Shown piece after piece: positions 24,829 to 37,008 of a stretch of 64,000 nt of DNA. The DNA lies in assembly GCF_964355755.1 (NCBI RefSeq), contig NC_092670.1, positions 2,160,201-2,224,200 on the forward strand. Direction: 5' to 3'. Numbering within the stretch: the stretch's first letter is position 1; each line of letters opens with the position of its first letter. The translations under genes and the position numbers were made by a program. Source of the stretch: Antedon mediterranea (Eukaryota; Animalia; Echinodermata). The notes under the pieces are model-generated. The model searched no databases. It was not told where the DNA came from and saw nothing but the letters and a program-made list of their open reading frames with translations.

Positions 24829-25309
24829 GTATGTGTGTGAGGAGGGTCAAGGGTAGCTATCAATCAATATGATTTGTTGACCTGTCCTTACTTCAATGCA
24901 GCTAACTAGCCTAGTTGAGGAAATAAGGTTTTTATCGCAAATAGCTTGATTTTTGCGAGGAACATCATTGTTGCACAATAATGCATGATGGGAAAGGTTT
25001 TGGAGCAAACTTCGAGATGCATACGTACAAACAACATATCATATACATATTGTACGTTTGCATCATTGTGACGTTTGCTCACAAACCCTTCCCATCATCT
25101 GCCGCTCACGCTCTTTACGATCAACCTTATTGGGGACTGCTGGGTCTGAACTGTCATTCATTCAAGGTTTTTATTCAATAAAGCTAAAATTTACATTGTA
25201 GCCAAAGGCTAAATTGTGTAAAATTTTACAAAATATATATATATTACTGTCCTGTAATTAACAAATCAATTAATATTAATACTATCTAAAAAGTATTTTT
25301 TTTCATTAC

Positions 25310-26534
25310 CAGGGATGTCACCACGCTGGTCGGCGCTGGTCGGCCCCGACCAGCACTCAACATTTCCGACCAGGATTCACAGGCTGCCGACCACCACTAT
25401 TATTTATTAATAATTACGATATTTATATTAGGCCTAGGCCTAGGCCTAACTAAAATTCGTACTAAAACATTTTACCTAGCACATCGTTAATAACAGACAA
25501 GCTAGCCTCATATAGATAAGACAAAAGACTATACAGCAAATGTTTCCGTGGTTACGTACGTTACTTTATTTGTAACACAATACCAGGCCTACTCTGCCCT
25601 GGTATTCATTGTTACAGCTTGTGAGTCATGGCGAACAACGTGCTACGCAGCACAGTGTACAAGTTTAAAGTTCACATAGCGACCATTCAAGCGTTTTATT
25701 TTGCACAGATTAAAAATACAAACAAGTACGCAGTAATTAAAAATGTACAACTACATAGACCTAAACAAAATCATTTTTAATTGCTGAATGTTTTTTCACC
25801 CTACTTTAATTATATTATGTTACTAGTTTTACATTTTTGTACTCTACGAACTATTAAAAAAAAATAAAAAAACATGCGCATAGTTCAGTGGGACCGGGCA
25901 AGTTCGTTCGTTTATGATCGCCGAGCATGGTACAATAATTACACGTCCCTGGGATAACTTCAGGTTGCTGAACTTCAGTTAACCCATAAACACGTGTCTG
26001 TTCTTGCCGGCCATGCACTACATGCTTGCCGCACAGTTGTGAAACAAAAAATCCGGAATTCGCGAATACGCTAAAAAACTCTCGCGCAAAAGAACACGAA
26101 CATTATATCGAGCAACAAGTAGTAAGGTCTAGGCTAATAATTTATCTACAGTATTTGATTGGGGATTAGGCCTAAATAAGGAAGCGCCAGTTTTTGTGGA
26201 ATTCAGATTTTGGGGCATCTATCTAAGCCTTGGCTAGGCCTAGTGGTCGTAGTGTCTACAAGGCTAGGCCTAAGCCTGACGCGATCTATTGCTATTCATT
26301 TCGTAAGCGTTTTTTTGTTTTCGCGAATAATAACGGCGACTCCCCGGTGGTACAAGGTTAGGCCTAGACCTGACGCAATTTGTTGTTATTTATTTTCATA
26401 ATTCTTTATGTTTCGCTAAAATAACGAAACCACCCCCCCCCCGGGATGAACACCGGGGTACCACCCCCCGGGGGGGGGGGGGGGGGGGGGTGTATTTTAG
26501 CGACCGGCACTCCAAAAAGCTGGTGACATCCCTG
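25310..26534. mobile_element. Non-autonomous hAT-like DNA transposon (1225 bp) with a 6-bp TSD
   Basis: 14-bp TIR cagggatgtcacca / tggtgacatccctg; direct repeat CATTAC at 25304-25309 and 26535-26540; subterminal CCGACCA/TGGTCGG motifs; no transposase ORF. Confidence 0.85.
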
Positions 26535-26692
26535 CATTACGTTGGTTTTAGTTTAGTTTTGTTGGGTGAGTTTAGGTGGTGTGTGTTTAATTCCATTTCT
26601 ACAACGCATCCAGGCGGTTTTTAAATGTGTTGGTAGTTTCGGGAAATGACGACTTCAGTTGGCAAACTTTCCTTCATTTTAGATTGAGAAAA

Positions 26693-29600
26693 ATGGAGAT
26701 TATGAGATTAAGCGCTTTGAGCACACTGGAAGGCATGTTTCCAGACGCCAGTAAGAAGATCCTCAAGTCTTTAATCAACGATACAATCATTTCAGTTGAT
26801 TTATTGGACCAGGAACAGCTTGTTGTGAGGTGTGTGGAAACCTTACTTTCTATGGATACCATCCCTCAAGAAAATAGTAAGTTAAGTCTTTCACATCTGT
26901 TCCGGCACGATTCCTTTCTGGAAAATCTAACGTCAATATTTCATTTTACGACGCTCCACACGGCTATGCGCCAATTGATAAGCGTTTTGATTGGATTTGC
27001 CAACGCCGGAATGGAACCATCTCGGAACAGGTGTGAAAACCCATTAATCAGCTAGGCTAGCGTGTTGTTTGTGCAAAAAGACAAATGATGAAATTGAAAT
27101 TTCATCATATATACAGTCGACTCCGCCTAAGTCGAATTCGCGTAAGTCGAAAAATCGCGAAAGTCGAATTTTTATGAAAGTCCCAATTCTTTCCTATACA
27201 TTACTGTGTAATTTTTATTTGTAAGTCGAATTTTTCTAAGTCAAAATTCGTCTAAGTCGACGTCTTTTTGCGGTCCGAATACAGACATTCTTTAGTGATT
27301 TATATCGTATAAGTCGAAGTCACAAATCACGCGGCAACAACGCGCTAAAAAAGCCGATGAAACGTACGTAATTCGATAAACAAACGACAGAGGAGATAAT
27401 GTGGGACCATATCGGTTCTCTCAAGCAGGTTGTATAGTATAGGTGGCGTCCTACAACTCGCGCTAGTGTATAGTGTATGAGTTGTTTCAGAGTTGAGAAC
27501 TTGAGCGGCGTTTTGTGGGTACCCATTTTGTGCTAGACAGATGGCAATAAACAATGGATACCGATTTCGAATAAGAACCGAAATATATTTATTATACGTT
27601 TTCGTATTGTTTCGGGCTTAAACCATAAAAGAAAATACAGTTTATCATTGCCGATAAAAGAGGCTTAGCATTTATTAGGCCTAGCTAGCTAGCTAGCTAA
27701 GCAAACTCAATTCAAGAAGGCTCATCGCGTGGGCCACGATCGCGACAGGGTCTACTAGGCCTAGCCATAGCGCGGCTAGTGAGTGAGCCTAGGCCTAGCA
27801 TTTTTTTTGCAAATCTGTAAGTCGAAGTTCGCGTAACTCGAATTTTTATACCGGTCCCATTAGATTCGACTTAGGCGGAGTCGACTGTATATATATATAC
27901 AGATGATTTTACTTTAATTAGTCCAGCGCCTTTTTTTCTAGACAGTAATAATATATAATTTATCAATTTAATGATATTGGGTTTTTTCCACAGAATATCC
28001 TGATGTTTCTGAAACAGTTGTAATAAAAGATAACGAAGATGGTGACGAACCGACAATAGTAAAATCACCAGAAGAAGATGGCTATAAACATTTTCCAAAT
28101 TCTTATATGACACAAGATTCACCATCAAGTTTATTGAAGTCTCAAAAGTTTGGTGTAAAGTCAGAGCAAGCTGTTGTTAAAACACCAACGCTTGTCTTCA
28201 AACCAGAACAAACTTTGAATAACAATGACCTTCTGTCCAATTTCCTTCTTAATACTGATTGCTTACTTAAGAAATCAGAAATATTGATTGATGAACTATC
28301 TAAAACACAGACAAATACTTCTAAAAATAATAACATTTTACCAGAGCAGTTCCTGAATACTTCCAATAACTTGGAAAACGTACAAGCAAATGGTTTCGGT
28401 AATAATATGATTATCGGGACCACCGGCAGCTCAAATAAAATAACAACTGAATCGTGTGTTTCGTCAGACTGTAGCGACAACAATGATACAAGTTACAGAC
28501 ATCAATTAAAGCGCCCCCTTGTTGGTTATGAAGTAAATTCTCCTAAATTTGCCCGTTCGGATATATTTTCTGCTGCATCGTCGTCGGAAGTAGTTCCTTC
28601 GTTTATTCCAGACACAAGATATTGTCTTTCACCAAATTTGTTTCCAAGCTGTCAATTCAGAAAAATCTCTGGTGCATCTTCTTCCATCTCCAGACATCCT
28701 GATGCTCTGTACAGAAGTGACAATTCTACTAGTGATTTCGTTGGTGCAGGCTCTGTGTCTTTTGTGTCCAAATTTGGTGACACAGTAAAACAAAAAAAGT
28801 TTCAAAACAAAAGTAGAGATGAAAATAACATTTTGGTAACTCCCCCAAGGAAAACATTTGGACCAGATTTTCTGTCCAAAAATACTACTGGTTTCAATGG
28901 TGCAAGTGCTTTTTCAAGATCTGCTGACAGAGTTAAATATAAAAGCCCATCATATCATAGTCAAACTAACACAAGTGGAGATAAAAATGCCGTTTTGGTA
29001 ACTCCCCCAAAGAAAACATTAGGACCAGATTCTCTGCCGAAAAATGCAAATTTTACTACTGGTTTCAATGGTGCAAGTGCTTTTTCAAGATCTGCTGACA
29101 GAGTTAAATATAAAAGCCCATCATATCATAGTCAAACTAACACAAGTGGAGATAAAAATGCCGTTTTGGTAACTCCCCCAAGGAAAACATTAGGACCAGA
29201 TTCTCTGCCGAAAAATGCAAATTTTACTACTGGTTTCAATGATGCAAGTGCTTTTTCAAGATCTGCTGACAGAGTTAAATATAAAAGCCCATCATATCAT
29301 AGTCAAACTAACACAAGTGGAGATAAAAATGCCGTTTTGGAAACTCCCCCAAGGAAAACATTAGGACCAGATTCTCTGCCGAAAAATGCAAATTTTACTA
29401 CTGGTTTCAATGGTGCAAGTGCTTTTTCAAGATCTGCTGACAGAGTTAAATATAAAAGCCAATCATATCATAGTCAAACTAACACAAGTGGAGATAAAAA
29501 TGCCGTTTTGAAAACTCCTCCAAGAAACATTTTTGGACCAGATTCTGGTCTTATTGGTGCAAGTGCTGTGTCAAAATCTGCTGACAGAGTTAATCATAAA

Positions 29601-32600
29601 AGTCTACAAAAAGTAAGGTTTAATGATGAATCTGCTAGTACCTATCATCACCCAACAACAGGACATCATGTCGGAGGTTACAATCATGTGCATGTATCAG
29701 AATTCGGTAGTACTAATTGGATGTTAAGCGGAAGAAAGGTTGCAAGTCTTAATGGACAGATGGTGTCTATCAAAGAGGTTGATGCTAATAATATGATAGA
29801 TTTGACAGAAACCAGTAATTCACCAAGTTTTCAAGATCTCTACGGCATTGTTCCTGCCAATCCACTTCCCAATTTGCAAACTAACTTTCTTTACTGCCAA
29901 AACATGGTATGTATTTTTATTTTTTTCTTATTTTTCTAAAAATTCAGTTTGTCGAAAGGTATAAAAATGGAATCTTGCTCTGTTCTCTTCGTAGACGTTA
30001 GTTGGGTGTGCAGTATTCTAATCTTTATTTGCACTCAGTTAAGAGGTCATCTGAAATAAAGAGATAATTATAATATTATGTGCCAGTATAAACAAATTAG
30101 AATTTAAGATAATTCCGGAATTCACTGAATATACATGCATGTGTTACTGGTAGGACCGGTGCACACTAGCCTGTTGAGAGGAATCGCCTTTTGTGGCTAG
30201 CAAAACAATCATTCTTTATGGTTACATCAGCATGATATTCAATGTTATTGTTAATCAGATTTGGTGTTTTACAGTTAATTTTACATAAGTTCTTTTTGCA
30301 TTATGCCATATTATTCTAGTAGAGGCTAGCTTATTACTAGCCTCACTGTGACATGGAATATAGGGCAAAGCTAGGCCAACAGCATGATTTTCATTTTTAG
30401 AAAATGCAGAGACGAATTTCAGGTTGGCAAAATAGGGGGATCTTTTGACATCCTTAGGCCTACTAAAAATCCCTACCTACCGACCCTGTTTTTATCAATT
30501 TTCAGTGTGCTTGGGGAACTTTTTTTAGGCCTAATTATGCCATATGGATATATTTACTAATATCTTAATATGTTTTGATCAGATGAATTTAGAACAAGCA
30601 AACAAAATTGTACCATCAATGGTGGAACCAATGGTACAAAAACCAATTTCAGAGGAACCAATGGTACGGGAACCAACTTCACAGAAACCAATGGTACATG
30701 AACCAACTTCAAATAACCAATTGCCAGGGACAACAGTAGTACCTGTAGTGGCACCAGTGGAAGAACTGCCTAGCATTGATGTACAAATGGTAGAAGTGGT
30801 AAGTATCTTAAGTATTCATGTGTGTTAGGGTTGTGTCCCTACCTTTACAATGCATTCCTCTTTTTGCATTTAAGAAATTAAAAACATACAATCCTTTTCT
30901 TCTTTATCTTTTCTGTGCTGATCAGCATCACATTCCCTTTGTCTTCATTTTCTCTCCGATGTCTTTTTTGTGTTCTTTTTTTTTTTGTGATTTGGTGACA
31001 TGTGACTCTTGTGGTCAATTCAATAAAACTTTATTATCCCAAACTCGGGCGGGGGTGGGAATTCATTTGGTTGTGGTAATACAAAGATTCATAAAAACAT
31101 TTAAAAAGCACACAAAAAGGCAAGCACATCAATCATAATAAAAATCTTAAAATATGTTTAAAAAATCACAGAAACCGAAACAAATAGCATAAAAATAAAA
31201 TGAGGTTCTTATAGCACAGCATTGTCTTTTTAGAGTAGCAGTGTAGAATCTAACTAACTGCATGTATTATATGTCAATATTTTTAGTGTCATTAGACAAA
31301 GATCACCAAATTAATGTCTTTTTCTTTTCTAGATGAACCTTATACCAGATATAGAAGTTAACTATTTAAGAGAAAAATTGGCTGGCTTTCAGGGTGGGGA
31401 CAATGCATCTACAGTTCAGAGAATTATCAACTACCTCTTAGAAAACCCTTATCCTAAGCAAACCAAAGAAAATGTAAGTTATATACAATTATAAAAGTAT
31501 GCTATTTTATGTATTTGTGTGTGTTTTTATGTGTAAATTTAAAACATCAAGTTCCAGTTCTAATGTAACATGTTTGTCAGATTGTAAACTAACAGCGTTT
31601 ACATAGGAATTTGGTATTTTCTTATGTCACTGTATGATTTGAACATTTAGTTCTGATCTTCTAAAAGCATCCTAATTGTCCCAATAAGGTTATGTGAGCT
31701 AATCTTTGACATAAACATAATTTTTCAATTCCAGAAAACAACTATGCATGATGAAAGAGAGATTGATTACTTTGTTGATTTTTCTCTATATCCGTCTCAT
31801 ACTTATTGCCAACAAGTACTTAGTCTAATGCAAGCAAAGCATTTTAAGGTAACTTATTCTATTAATATTATATTATAATATTTATTGTAAAGTTTATCTT
31901 ATATAAATGAAGAGTGAACATAGAAGTAAACTGATTTGAATTTAATTTAAATATTGTAAAAAATATATATACTTACTTATTGCTATGATGTTATCCAAAT
32001 TCCTTCACTTTCACTGATGAAGGGCTAGTGTTGCTAGAAAGCTCTGCTAACTTTTCTGGCTGTTTTACTTTATCGTTTTGATTTAGCTTTTCGCTTTTTT
32101 TTTGTATCTTCATTGAGATCCAGCCACTGATACCCACAGCATTGTCATTTGGTATCTCCATTGAGATCCAGCCACTGATACCCACAGCATTGTCATTTTG
32201 TATCTCCATTGAGATCCAGCCACTGATACGTCCACAGCATTGTCATTTGGTATCTCCATTGAGATTCAGCCACTGATACCCACAGCATTGCCATTTTGTA
32301 TCTCCATTGAGATCCAGCCACTGATACCCACAGCATTGGCATTTTGTATCTCCATTGAGATCCAGCCACTGATACCCACAGCATTGTCATTTTGTATCTC
32401 CATTGAGATCCAGCCACTGATACCCACAGCATTGTCATTTGGTATCTTCATTGAGATCCAGCCACTGATACCCACAGCATTGTCATTTTGTATCTCCATT
32501 GAGATCCAGCCACTGATACCCACAGCATTGTCATTTTGTATCTCCATTGAGATCCAGCCACTGATACCCACAGCATTGTCATTTTGTCAGTAATTTGTCT

Positions 32601-35600
32601 TTTGATTTATATACTTACTTATACTTATATCCAAAGTGGTAATGTAAACTACTCAAGATTTTACAGATAATTACATTTATAGAAGATTTTCCTAGATAGC
32701 CTAAAAATCTAAGTAACTTTTCCATTTTGGGGTCTACTTTTCTGCTAAACCAACCTAATGCCTCATCTATACTATCAAACTTTATATGACAAAATATGTG
32801 CCCATATATAGACATGATGATGTCATATCACTACCATATTTGGGAACATCACACTTTTTTTAGCAAACTAGTTTTTGTTTCTTGTGAACTTTATTCAATA
32901 AATTGTGTAGACAGAGCTTTAAAACTATTAATCTCAAGCACTGGTTTTTATTTTAGTTATCTACACAGTTCTTGAGAGACATCCTGTCTATTTATAACCA
33001 TCACTATGCCCCAACTGAGAAAGCAATCCAAGAAATCCTGGAAAAAAACAAAGAAATTACCAAGTGTATGTTACAACCAGGTGAGCACTATAAGGGCGTG
33101 GTCTCGGTCAACATTGCCGGAAAGATGACTCGGAACCTGTCAATCAAAACACTGTTGTGCGGCCGTAAGAACTACAGGCCACCAGCGAATATAATCCCAG
33201 AGTTGCAGGAGGAAATAGATTTTTATAACCGGCAAATTCAGAAAGATATTGAGGTTTGCTTTTTAAATTGTAAATAAAATGCATGTTTTAATTAAGGAAA
33301 GATACAGAGGCTGTTTTCAAATACTTCAAAATCTTTCCAGTAAACTCCTGTTATTTTAATACCTCGTGTGTACAAACGCTATTTCGTATAATACAGATAT
33401 AATTATTTAAATTTGAATGCAGAGGGAATCTCATTATTTAGTTTAGCTACTTATCTAAAACACTTTTGTGCAGCACTATATATTGCAATTTACAAGTATT
33501 TTTATAATTATTCTTTCTTTTTTATTAGTCGACTGATCGAGAGCTTGCAGTCACTCTAAATGGCCAAGAGTATGAACAGGTAAACCTTTGTTAATAAATG
33601 TAAAGCAATGTTATCTTGAGATCACAGTGATAGGAAGACAAGATCGTTTATGGTATTGTATGTGAGCTGTGCTATGTGGAACCATTGTAACTAATGTTGC
33701 ACAGTATTCCAGTTAAACACTATTTGCAGTTAAACAATAATTCCAGTTAAACACTATTTCCAGTTAAACAATTTGTTTAAATGTATCTTATAGCGCTAAT
33801 GGTGTCTTTGATTTCTTATGTGTATATTATAATAGATGGTTGTTGCCGTTAAAAAATTAGTATCAGTTTCATCGAAATTGAAAATAGAAATTTTATAATT
33901 TTGAAAGATTTTAATTCAATTTCTTTTATTTCGGAAATATTTCATCCATCGAAAAACTCTAATAAATTAGCAAACTCTAAGAGCTTAAATATATAAACAG
34001 AATACTTCTCCATCTACAATACATTTTTTAGTTATGGAACAAATATTTGCAAACACATGCAACACTTATATTAATTATTATATATAATTATGAATTAATT
34101 TTTGTGTTTTTATTTTCATATAGGAGGGTCAGTTGATTGAGTGTGGTTGTTGCTATGGTGAAGTAGCCTTTGAACAAATGGTGCAGTGCTCCGACGGTCA
34201 TCTATTTTGCACGATGTGCATGAACAGTTACGCGAAGGAAGCCGTGTACGGTTCGGGCAAACTAAACCTTTCCTGCATGTCTGATGGATGCGAATCAAGG
34301 TTCCCTAAAAGTAAATATCCCTGGTTAATTATGTTTATTCAAAGCTTTTTTACATTAATGTTACAGATGTATTGTCCCCCAAAAACATGAAAAATAAAGA
34401 TTAATAATTATTAAAAATTAAAATTATTATTATAAAATGACAAAAAAAATGGTTAAATTCAACCAAAAACCCATTGACTGGCAGCCAATTTGACTATTTT
34501 TTTCTTTAAATTACAGTTTTTTAGGTAAAGACATTTTCTTTTCGATCTGATTTTTTGTCAAAGTGAATAACTATTAGGTGACATTAAAAGGGCATATTAA
34601 AAAAAAAATGTTTAAAAATTATTTTTTCAGGGGGAAAAGAAACAAATTCATGGTATAATGTTTGCTATTATTCTTTACAGGTCAGCTTGATAAATGTTTA
34701 CCCAAAGACGTAATTGCCAAATATGAGGAACGCCAAAAGGAGGAGTCGCTGAATCTTGCCGATTTAGACAACCTTGTTAAATGTCCATCTTGTGAATTCG
34801 CCGCCATCATGGACACAGACGACAAAGTTTTCAAATGTCAAAATCCGGACTGTCTTAAGGTATTGCTTTGTTTACAAATTAAACAAACAGGAAATAGAAA
34901 CACAGTGGTGTATTGCTGGAGTAAAGACCCTTGGTTTAGCACTCTTAATGGTCCCTCCAATGCTGGGTAGTTGCATTGAGGCTGATAATGCTCTGTGGCC
35001 TATGGGTTTAGCCAGTGAGCCCTCATAGTGGTTACTTAATGTTTTGTTCTTCGGAATTCTTAATTCAATAAGTGGAGTAGTATCTTTTATTTTGGATAAA
35101 TTTAACTTTATACAATGAAGAGCAACTTGAACTTGGTGTATACTAGGATTTGCCTACTTCTTAAAAACTTCCAAAGTTTAACATGTAGTAACTAGTAGCA
35201 GTAAAACACATTGATAGTAATTATTTTTCTTCAAATTCTAGGAAAGCTGTAGATATTGTAAGGAAAACTGGAAAGAACATATTGGTGTCCCTTGCAGCGA
35301 GATAGAAAAGAAAGACGAAACATCGTTACGAGTTTCATACGAGGAACGGATGACAAACGCCAAAATGAGGACGTGTTTTAAATGCAAAACTGGTTATATG
35401 AAAAGTGATGGTTGCAATAAGGTAATGATTACTTGAAATCTACAAGTAGAAATTGCATTTAAATCCGTTCCTAACTTCAATATTTTCTCCCTTTCTGCAC
35501 AGCTTCTTTGCTGAAAGCAAATGTTTCTAGGGCTGTGTCTACTCTTGCGCTCTGTCTACATTATCAAAGTGTATGTGACAAAAAAATGTTATGTGCCCAT

Positions 35601-36194
35601 ATATGGACATGATGATGTCATATCACTACCATATTTAGGCATATCACTACCATATTTAGGCATATCACTACCATATTTGAGCACATCACATTTTTTGTCA
35701 AAATAGTTTGATAGTGTAGACAGAGTTTATAAGTTCTTTTTCTATTTTTAATGTGTAAAATATTTTTTTCCCTAAATTTTTGCTTGAACTTACAATTTAA
35801 GATAACATGCCGTTGTGGAGCTAAGATGTGCTACATCTGCCGATTGCCAAACATTGATTACAATCATTTCTGCCAGCACCCTCGCACTCCCGGTCACACA
35901 TGCGCAAAATGCCAAGCATGCTCCCTTTGGAGTGACCCGAAAGAGGACGACGAACGAGCGGTCAAGGAAATTGAGAAGAAGCTTCAGGAGGAGCGCAAGG
36001 CAAAAGGTATTCACTGTTCATCATAGTATAAAAATAATTATTACGTTAAATATAAATGCTGTAAATATCTTTGTTTGGATTTAAATTAAATTTATTATTA
36101 AACCTAATTTATATTAAATTTTTTGTTTTGTTTGGTAGGATATGATGCAAGGGATGATAAGAAAGGAAAGGCACCGGCAAGATCTACACCATGA
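26693..36194 (+). CDS. RNF216: RBR (RING1-IBR-RING2) E3 ubiquitin ligase, RNF216/TRIAD3-like; exons 26693-26876, 27994-29906, 30583-30798, 31333-31473, 31735-31848, 32957-33253, 33529-33579, 34124-34310, 34681-34859, 35242-35421, 35802-36006, 36139-36194
   Basis: RING1 IECGCCYGE...[11 protein letters not shown]...CMSDGC; IBR CPSCEF...[23 protein letters not shown]...C; RING2 RTCFKC...[21 protein letters not shown] followed by YNHFCQHPR...CSLW, as in RNF216. All introns GT-AG with consistent phases. The N-terminal exons are less certain than the RBR exons. Confidence 0.88.
26885..27043. mobile_element. Degenerate Harbinger-like MITE family B (related to 54556-54683)
   Basis: Ends gtctttcacatctgttccggca ... 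cggaacaggtgtgaaaa match the TIRs of the 54556 copy. Confidence 0.65.
27114..27887. mobile_element. Tc1/mariner (pogo/Tigger-like) MITE, 774 bp, in an RNF216 intron
   Basis: 24-bp perfect TIR cagtcgactccgcctaagtcgaat; TA flanks on both sides; multiple internal (t)aagtcgaa motifs. Confidence 0.9.
28831..29600 (+). repeat. Coding tandem repeat, 171 bp / 57 aa, ~4.5 copies in the large RNF216 exon
   Basis: [57 protein letters not shown] repeated; anchor spacing 28921->29092 = 171. Confidence 0.92.
32100..32588. repeat. Intronic minisatellite, 48-bp unit, ~10 copies
   Basis: gtatctccattgagatccagccactgatacccacagcattgtcattt(g/t) in tandem. Confidence 0.92.
32758..32918. mobile_element. MITE family A, copy 2 (degenerate)
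   Basis: tctatactatcaaacttt...catgatgatgtcatatcactaccatatttgg...gtgtagacagagct. Confidence 0.7.
34362..34640 (+). mobile_element. Dispersed repeat fragment, same family as 1412-1612
   Basis: Shared gatgtattgtcccccaaaaacatgaaaaat and gtcaaagtgaataact blocks. Confidence 0.5.
35548..35727. mobile_element. MITE family A, copy 3 (three internal 21-bp repeats)
   Basis: ctctgtctacattatcaaa...(atatcactaccatatttaggc)x3...agtttgatagtgtagacagag. Confidence 0.8.
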
Positions 36195-36397
36195 TGCAAG
36201 GGATGATAAGAATGGAAAGGCACCGACAGGATCTACACCAATGTGATGAGTGCTTGTAAAATGTCATCGTATTTTGTTTAATATACTGTACTACATTGCA
36301 GGGTTTCTTTATTCAATTAAAAATATTCTTTCTATATTTTGTTAGTTTTCCTAACAATTTGGTATACTGTAAATGGTGCTAAACCAAGAATTACTTC

Positions 36398-36535
36398 TGT
36401 CCTTATATGGACAAGATGTGACATATGTCCTTATATGTACAAGTTGTGACACATGTCCTTATTTGGAAAAGATATGACATATGTCCTTATATGGAGAAGA
36501 AGTGACTTATATTCTTACATTGACATGATGTGATG
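36398..36535. repeat. 28-bp tandem repeat (~5 degenerate copies) containing CArG boxes
   Basis: gtccttatatggacaagatgtgacatat units; CC(A/T)6GG at 36401, 36457 and 36485. Confidence 0.75.
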
Positions 36536-36827
36536 TATGTCTGGGTATTGGTCAAATACAGTATGGCCAATCATGAAGGTCATTATTCAATACATTATTT
36601 CTGTTAATTGTATTTCAAAGAATGACAGAATGTTATGGATAAAAAATATTAAAATCTAGACTGTGTTGTTGAATACAATAATATGCATGTGTATCCATAG
36701 CAATATTAATATAGAGTATATTGCTTTTTTGAAAAAACGTTCATGTCCAACTTTTTAAACAAATATGAAAGAATAAGATACTATGTAGGCCTGCTCTTTG
36801 CTATTGTATGATCAGTTACTTTACTTA

Positions 36828-37008
36828 AGCCCTGTCTACACTATCAAACTAGTTTGACAAAACAAGTGTGATGTACCCAAATATGTTAGTGATATACCCA
36901 AATATGTTAGTGATATACCAAATATGTCACTGATATGACATCATCATGGCCATATATGGGCACATCACATTTTTTTGTCACATAAAGTTTGATAGTGTAG
37001 ACAGAGCT
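36828..37008. mobile_element. MITE family A, copy 4 (intergenic, opposite orientation to copy 3)
   Basis: agccctgtctacactatcaaact...agtttgatagtgtagacagagct; internal ~21-bp repeats. Confidence 0.82.

Noticed and set aside
27320-27554. Short ORFs inside the pogo-like MITE as transposase remnants
   Set aside because: No HTH or DDE-like motifs recognisable.
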